A stretch of 11,916 nucleotides of DNA. Origin: Azolla caroliniana. Its lineage: Eukaryota > Plantae > Polypodiophyta. The first letter of the stretch is position 1. Each line of letters begins with the position of its first letter. The stretch covers positions 1 through 11,916 of the forward strand of contig JBHGNT010001116.1 of NCBI GenBank assembly GCA_043228905.1. The letters are read 5' to 3'. Positions 7,456-11,916 of the stretch are shown here, piece by piece. Made by a program: the position numbers and the translations under genes. Under the pieces are notes generated by a model. The model did not search any database and was not told the origin of the DNA. It saw nothing but the letters and a program-made list of their open reading frames with translations.

Positions 7456-10400
7456 ATGGATGCCCTACATCTTCTTTCCTAGAATGTGCAAAGTCTGGGT
7501 GGTCAGGCTTTTCACAGATTTAAAGGACTCGTACGTTCCGATTTAGGTATTTCTAGTATTGGTATCATAGATATCCTCTTTTTGCAATAGCATCACATAT
7601 GCAGGGATAGGATTCAAAAGTATGGATCCATTTTACTAGGACAGGGGACTCATTTTTGGGTTCCTGTCTTTGGCCCAAATAGCCGTCAGGCTGGATTATG
7701 TATAGCTCTTAGAAAACACTTGCAATCTATTATCTTGTCAGCAGGTACTGTTATGAATAAACGGGCACAATTTCTTATCATAAAAATAGGGTCTCAGAAG
7801 GTTGGCCTAATGAATATCTATGCTCCTAACTCTGCGTCAGCGAGGGCGAGTTTTTGGCTGTCTCTTGTGGAATATGCGGGGTTAGCAGATTGTTGGTTAG
7901 TGGGAGGCGATTTAAATATGATCGAAGAGGCCTCTGATAGAATAGGAGGTACAACTACTACAATTTCAAGTTGGGAAGCTAAGTGTTGGGATTCCTTCTC
8001 TTTTGCTTTTGGTCTACTTGACTTATGGAAGGTGCAATCTTTCTCACGTATACAAGGGTCCCTAAATTTTTCTAGATCCGATGGGAGTGTGGTTAGTGCT
8101 ACTTTGTCTCGGCTAGATAGATTTTATGCCAGCAGTTTCTTTTGGGATACGGGGGGATCCGTTGGCATTATTCCCGGATCAACGATATCTGACCATGACC
8201 CTCTAAAGTTAAATGTTACATTTTATAAGAAGAGATACTCTAAGGAGTGGTGTATATCTCCGTCTTTACTATCTGATGATAGCCATCGGATGTCAATTAT
8301 TCAGATATGGTCAAAATACAACTGGACGGATGATTGTTTGATTCTTCGTAATATGGTGGATGCCATACTTGATACAAAGAATTCCTTCATGAATATAGTC
8401 TCCGCTTCGGTGTATTGTTGCAATTAAGAAATTGCTAATTTGCGGCATGCTTTTGCAGCATTACAAAAATTGTTGGAAAGGTATCCAACTTCATCCATGC
8501 TACTTTCTGATTTGCAATAGGTAAAAGGAAGTTTAAAAGAAAAGCAACATGCACATTCGACATTCTTCTTTTATCGTAATGCTGCTCGCTGGTCACAAAA
8601 GCAAGATCGAGTTAATAAAGTGTTTTTCAATCGGTTCAAACGAAAGCATAAACCTATTTCTATTACCTCCTTGAAACGGCCTGATGGATCATATACATGC
8701 GAGGTATAGTCTCAGATTACTATCAGCAATTGTTGTCTGCTACAACTTTTACAACAAATAGTCTTTATAAGAAACAAGATATACTTGCAACTATTCAATA
8801 GAAGATCACTAATGAAATGGCATCTCATTTAATACAACCATTTACGTCCCAAGAGGTGTTATTTGCAACTAAATCCTTGGGTAAGGATGTCTATCCAGGA
8901 AAAGACGGAATAGGAGTTGGCTTCTACTTACATTATTGGGATCTTCTTGGCCCTATCCTCACTAGAGCACGAATCTAATTTTTTCAACGGGAGCTATGCC
9001 GGCGGAATGGAAGGAAGGAATAATATACATGATTCCTAAGTCTAATGTGAAATGTGATGAAGTTTCTAAGTGGTGCCAATAACACTGCTCAATGATATTT
9101 ATAAGATTGTGGCAAAAACAATTTCCTTTAGATTACGATCTATGTTGCCATCTATTATTCATGATACGCAGTCTAGTTTTATACAAGATAGAAGCATTTT
9201 CGATAATATCTTTTTGTTCTAGGAAATGGTTGCACTAGCTCAACAAAATAAACAACAAATGGTAGTTTTACTATTGGACTTTGAAAAAGCCTATGATAAA
9301 GTAGATTGGGACTTTCTTGAGGCAGTGTTGTCAAGATTAGGCTTTCCTACTGCATGGATAAATGGTGTTTTGGCCTTATATAGGCAGGCCTCTAGCTCAG
9401 TTTTGTTCGCTAGTGGTTATGGGCCAATATTTCCGATTTCCAGGTCGGTTAGGCAAGGATGTCCTCTTGCCCCTTCTCTTTTTATCTTGTATGGGGAAGC
9501 TCTAGCTTCATACCTAAGATCTTCTTCAGCTAGTGTAAAAGGTATAGCATTACCTATTGCACAGTTTGTTGTATTGGATGTTGAGTTTGCAGATGATACG
9601 GCCCTCTATGTTGATGGGGAGATTGGTAATCTCGGGTAGGTACAAAATGCTTTGCAAAATTTCTCAGAAGCTACAGGTTCCTCTCTTAATTGGAATAAGT
9701 CGGTAGGGTTATGGGTGGGTGCAGAGCCTCATCCTGCTTGGTATCCAGGTTCTACTTTCCGCTGGCTTAACCAAGGTGAACCTGTTTGGTATTTGGGATG
9801 CCTAGTTGGTATAGATTTAAAATTAGAAGCTATGTTATCCCCACTGCTATTATCAATAAAGCATAAACTTCTATATTGGGATGTCCAACAATTGTCCTTT
9901 GTAGGTCGGGTTGTAGTAGCAAATTCAGTACTTTTGGCCTCCATGTGGTTTATAGCTTCTGTTTGGTTAATTTCAAGTTCGACAATAATGAACGTACAAA
10001 GCTTGATTCGTAATTTCCTTTGGGGAGGAAAAAATGGATCTCGAACAATAGCCAAAGTTGCTTGGAATGTGCTAATTCAACCTAGAATCCATGGAGGGTT
10101 GGGTTTGATAGATCCTTTGATGCAGTCAAGAGCCCTCTTGGTTAAGTTTGCGATTCGAGGATTGTTACCAAGGTCAGAAGCCTGGAAAAGAATTTTTCTA
10201 AAGCAACTAATGAAGTTAAGTCCTAGGACGAGGGGAATTTGGTCTCCCTATCTAAAATGGTTGTTCTTGAATGACGTACAAACGCCAAGGCGGGATCTAG
10301 CTTCTAACCATTTTTTGTTAGGAATCATAAGGGCATGGGATGGGATCAAGTCATTTCTAGTTAAGGCGAAGCCTTCGACTTGGGATGCATTGCTTAATCA

Positions 10401-11869
10401 ACCTCTTCTTGGAAATTCTCTATTTCAGGATAATATAGGAAAAGTATTGGGTCTCAGAACTCACCTTGCTGGGGGTAAACTAGATAATGGGCCAACTGCT
10501 TTTGTAAATACTTGGATTCATTTCCAATAGATGCCCCAAGCAGATAGGAAAGTACTGGGTCTCAGAATTCACCTTGCCTGGGGTAAACTGGATAATGGGC
10601 CAGCTGCTTCTGTAAATACTTGGATTCGTTTCCAATAGATGCCACAAGCAGATCGACTTACGCAACTACAAACTATTCATGGAGCCAAGCTAATGACGGC
10701 TGCCATTTCAGCTTCATATTCCTCATTAGCGGCGACTTTCGAACCGATACAGGAGCATTTTTGGTTTGTATGCTTCATAAATGATACATTGTTGGCTGTC
10801 AAGGGTATCTCACCTAATGGGTGCATCTCTTATTTTGAGGTTCTTGATAACAATAGAATGCAACCTCATGCTTTTGACTGCAGCTACTTTCAGCATGTGC
10901 GGAATGCACCAGTCAAAGTGATTGCAAAAATGGGAAAGAAGTGGTTGTTGGATCCTTATCCTTCTATTGCACATATGTGCGATATGATGTGGTTGTATGC
11001 AAAAGAACCTATTGCAAGACTACTATGGGATCCGAAGGGTTGGTTCTAGACATATTCCTTGGGGGAACATATCATAAAGGTTCCCTTTTTTCAGTATTCA
11101 GTAAAGCTAGGAAGGTCATTACTAAGGTCTATGAATGTAATGACGCCAGCAACACAAAAACATTAGACTAACTGAGGTGTTTCAACGTTGCAGTTGAAAA
11201 CATATTGGAGATGGATATGATCTTTCAAGGGGCCTTCTAAATTTATTCTTTTTAGATGGCTATTAGTGCATGCTGCATTACTAGTTGGCCAGACGTTAAA
11301 AGGGAATGTTGCATAGAATCTCAGGCAATGTGGATTTTGCTATGCAACGCCAGAGACTACTAAGCATGCCCTCTGGTCTTGTCCCTTGGCTCAACAAGTA
11401 TGGAATAAAGTTCTTTCTTTATTCCTAACAATCAATGTTGGTTTCTTGTTCTCGTGGGGAGCAACGGTGTGGGGAGTATTACACTCCAACCTGATGTTGT
11501 ATGAGGCAGATGATATGCAAGAGGCCATGATGGCATATAACAGAAGATTGATATCAGTTAGTCTGTTTCAGCAACCTCGAAAGCAGATGCAATCTGTCGA
11601 GATCTGGAAAACGGTGACTACGATAACATTATGGGTATTATGGAAATGTAGATGCAATCGACTTTATGATGCCGCAAAGCTTGGCATTCCAGAGGTATTG
11701 CTTGAGATATGGGAAACATTGTTGACAGTATCATAACATGGCTGGTTCTCCAGAAAATATTCATAAAAGAAGGATGAAGCTTCTTCACTTATGGAGGAAG
11801 GTGCCTCTCTTTGTAATGAAAAACCAAAGACCTCAATGGAATTATCATCTTCCATGGACCTTTTCTTGA
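7456..11869 (+). pseudogene. LINE ORF2 (endonuclease, reverse transcriptase, zf-RVT) with multiple stops and frameshifts
   Basis: EN: S*NVQSLG, LQ*HH, NIYAPN, GGDLN, SRLDRFY, SDHDP. RT: PGKDG, ITLLNDIYK, DFEKAYD, RQGCPLAP, FADD (9586-9597). Then FLWGG, GGLG, CGFC...ETTKHALWSC (11329-11382) and WVLWKCRC. Frameshifts near 8697, 8970, 9077 and 11727; the end coordinate is uncertain. Confidence 0.93.
10435..10651 (+). repeat. Tandem duplication, 109 + 108 bp, inside ORF2
   Basis: Copies at 10435-10543 and 10544-10651, with 9 substitutions and a 1-nt indel. Confidence 0.95.
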
Positions 11870-11916
11870 TATAAAACCAACATGTTAATGTATCGTTTAA
11901 GGCTCAACAACCCCAT

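Larger units (their letters stand above)
5766..11916 (+). mobile_element. L1-clade LINE, near full length, inactivated; 3' tail not in the window
   Basis: ORF1 (DUF4283/RRM-like plus CCHC) followed by ORF2 (APE endonuclease, RT, zf-RVT). The 5' boundary is inferred from loss of gag homology at 5765/5766. Confidence 0.93.

Noticed and set aside
9586-9597. FADD rather than YADD in RT
   Set aside because: A common variant in plant L1 and related LINEs.
5733-11855. Short minus-strand and off-frame ORFs over the LINE
   Set aside because: They overlap ORF1/ORF2 and carry no recognisable motifs.

Overview
Eukaryotic (plant) transposon-dense DNA with no host gene, made of nested, decayed retroelements. 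Left to right: (A) 3' end of a Tork/Tnt1-like Ty1/copia element, with RT C-terminus/RNase H, PPT and an 867-bp LTR carrying a 54-bp tandem array (1-1641); (B) joined exactly at that LTR's CA end, a pseudogenised gag-PR-INT of a similar copia (1642-~3750); (E) the 5' end of a second-family LTR on the minus strand (~3847-3939); (C) a minus-strand gag-PR-GAG-pre-integrase relic (3940-5110); (D) a plus-strand 5' LTR, tRNA-iMet PBS and first 29 gag codons of what looks like the same family as C (5111-5765); then an almost complete but dead L1-clade LINE (ORF1 and ORF2, 5766 to the window end). The most notable points are the junctions. LTR termini are repeatedly joined precisely into same-lineage gag/pol, and D and C read as near-contiguous halves of one gag in opposite orientation. 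There are also templated-insertion and microhomology repair scars and a CG/CHG deamination signature. The protein motifs resemble elements I recall from ferns/non-seed plants, which is an unverified impression. I found no evidence of a new non-TE system. All alignments were done by eye, and family consensus peptides are recalled, not searched.
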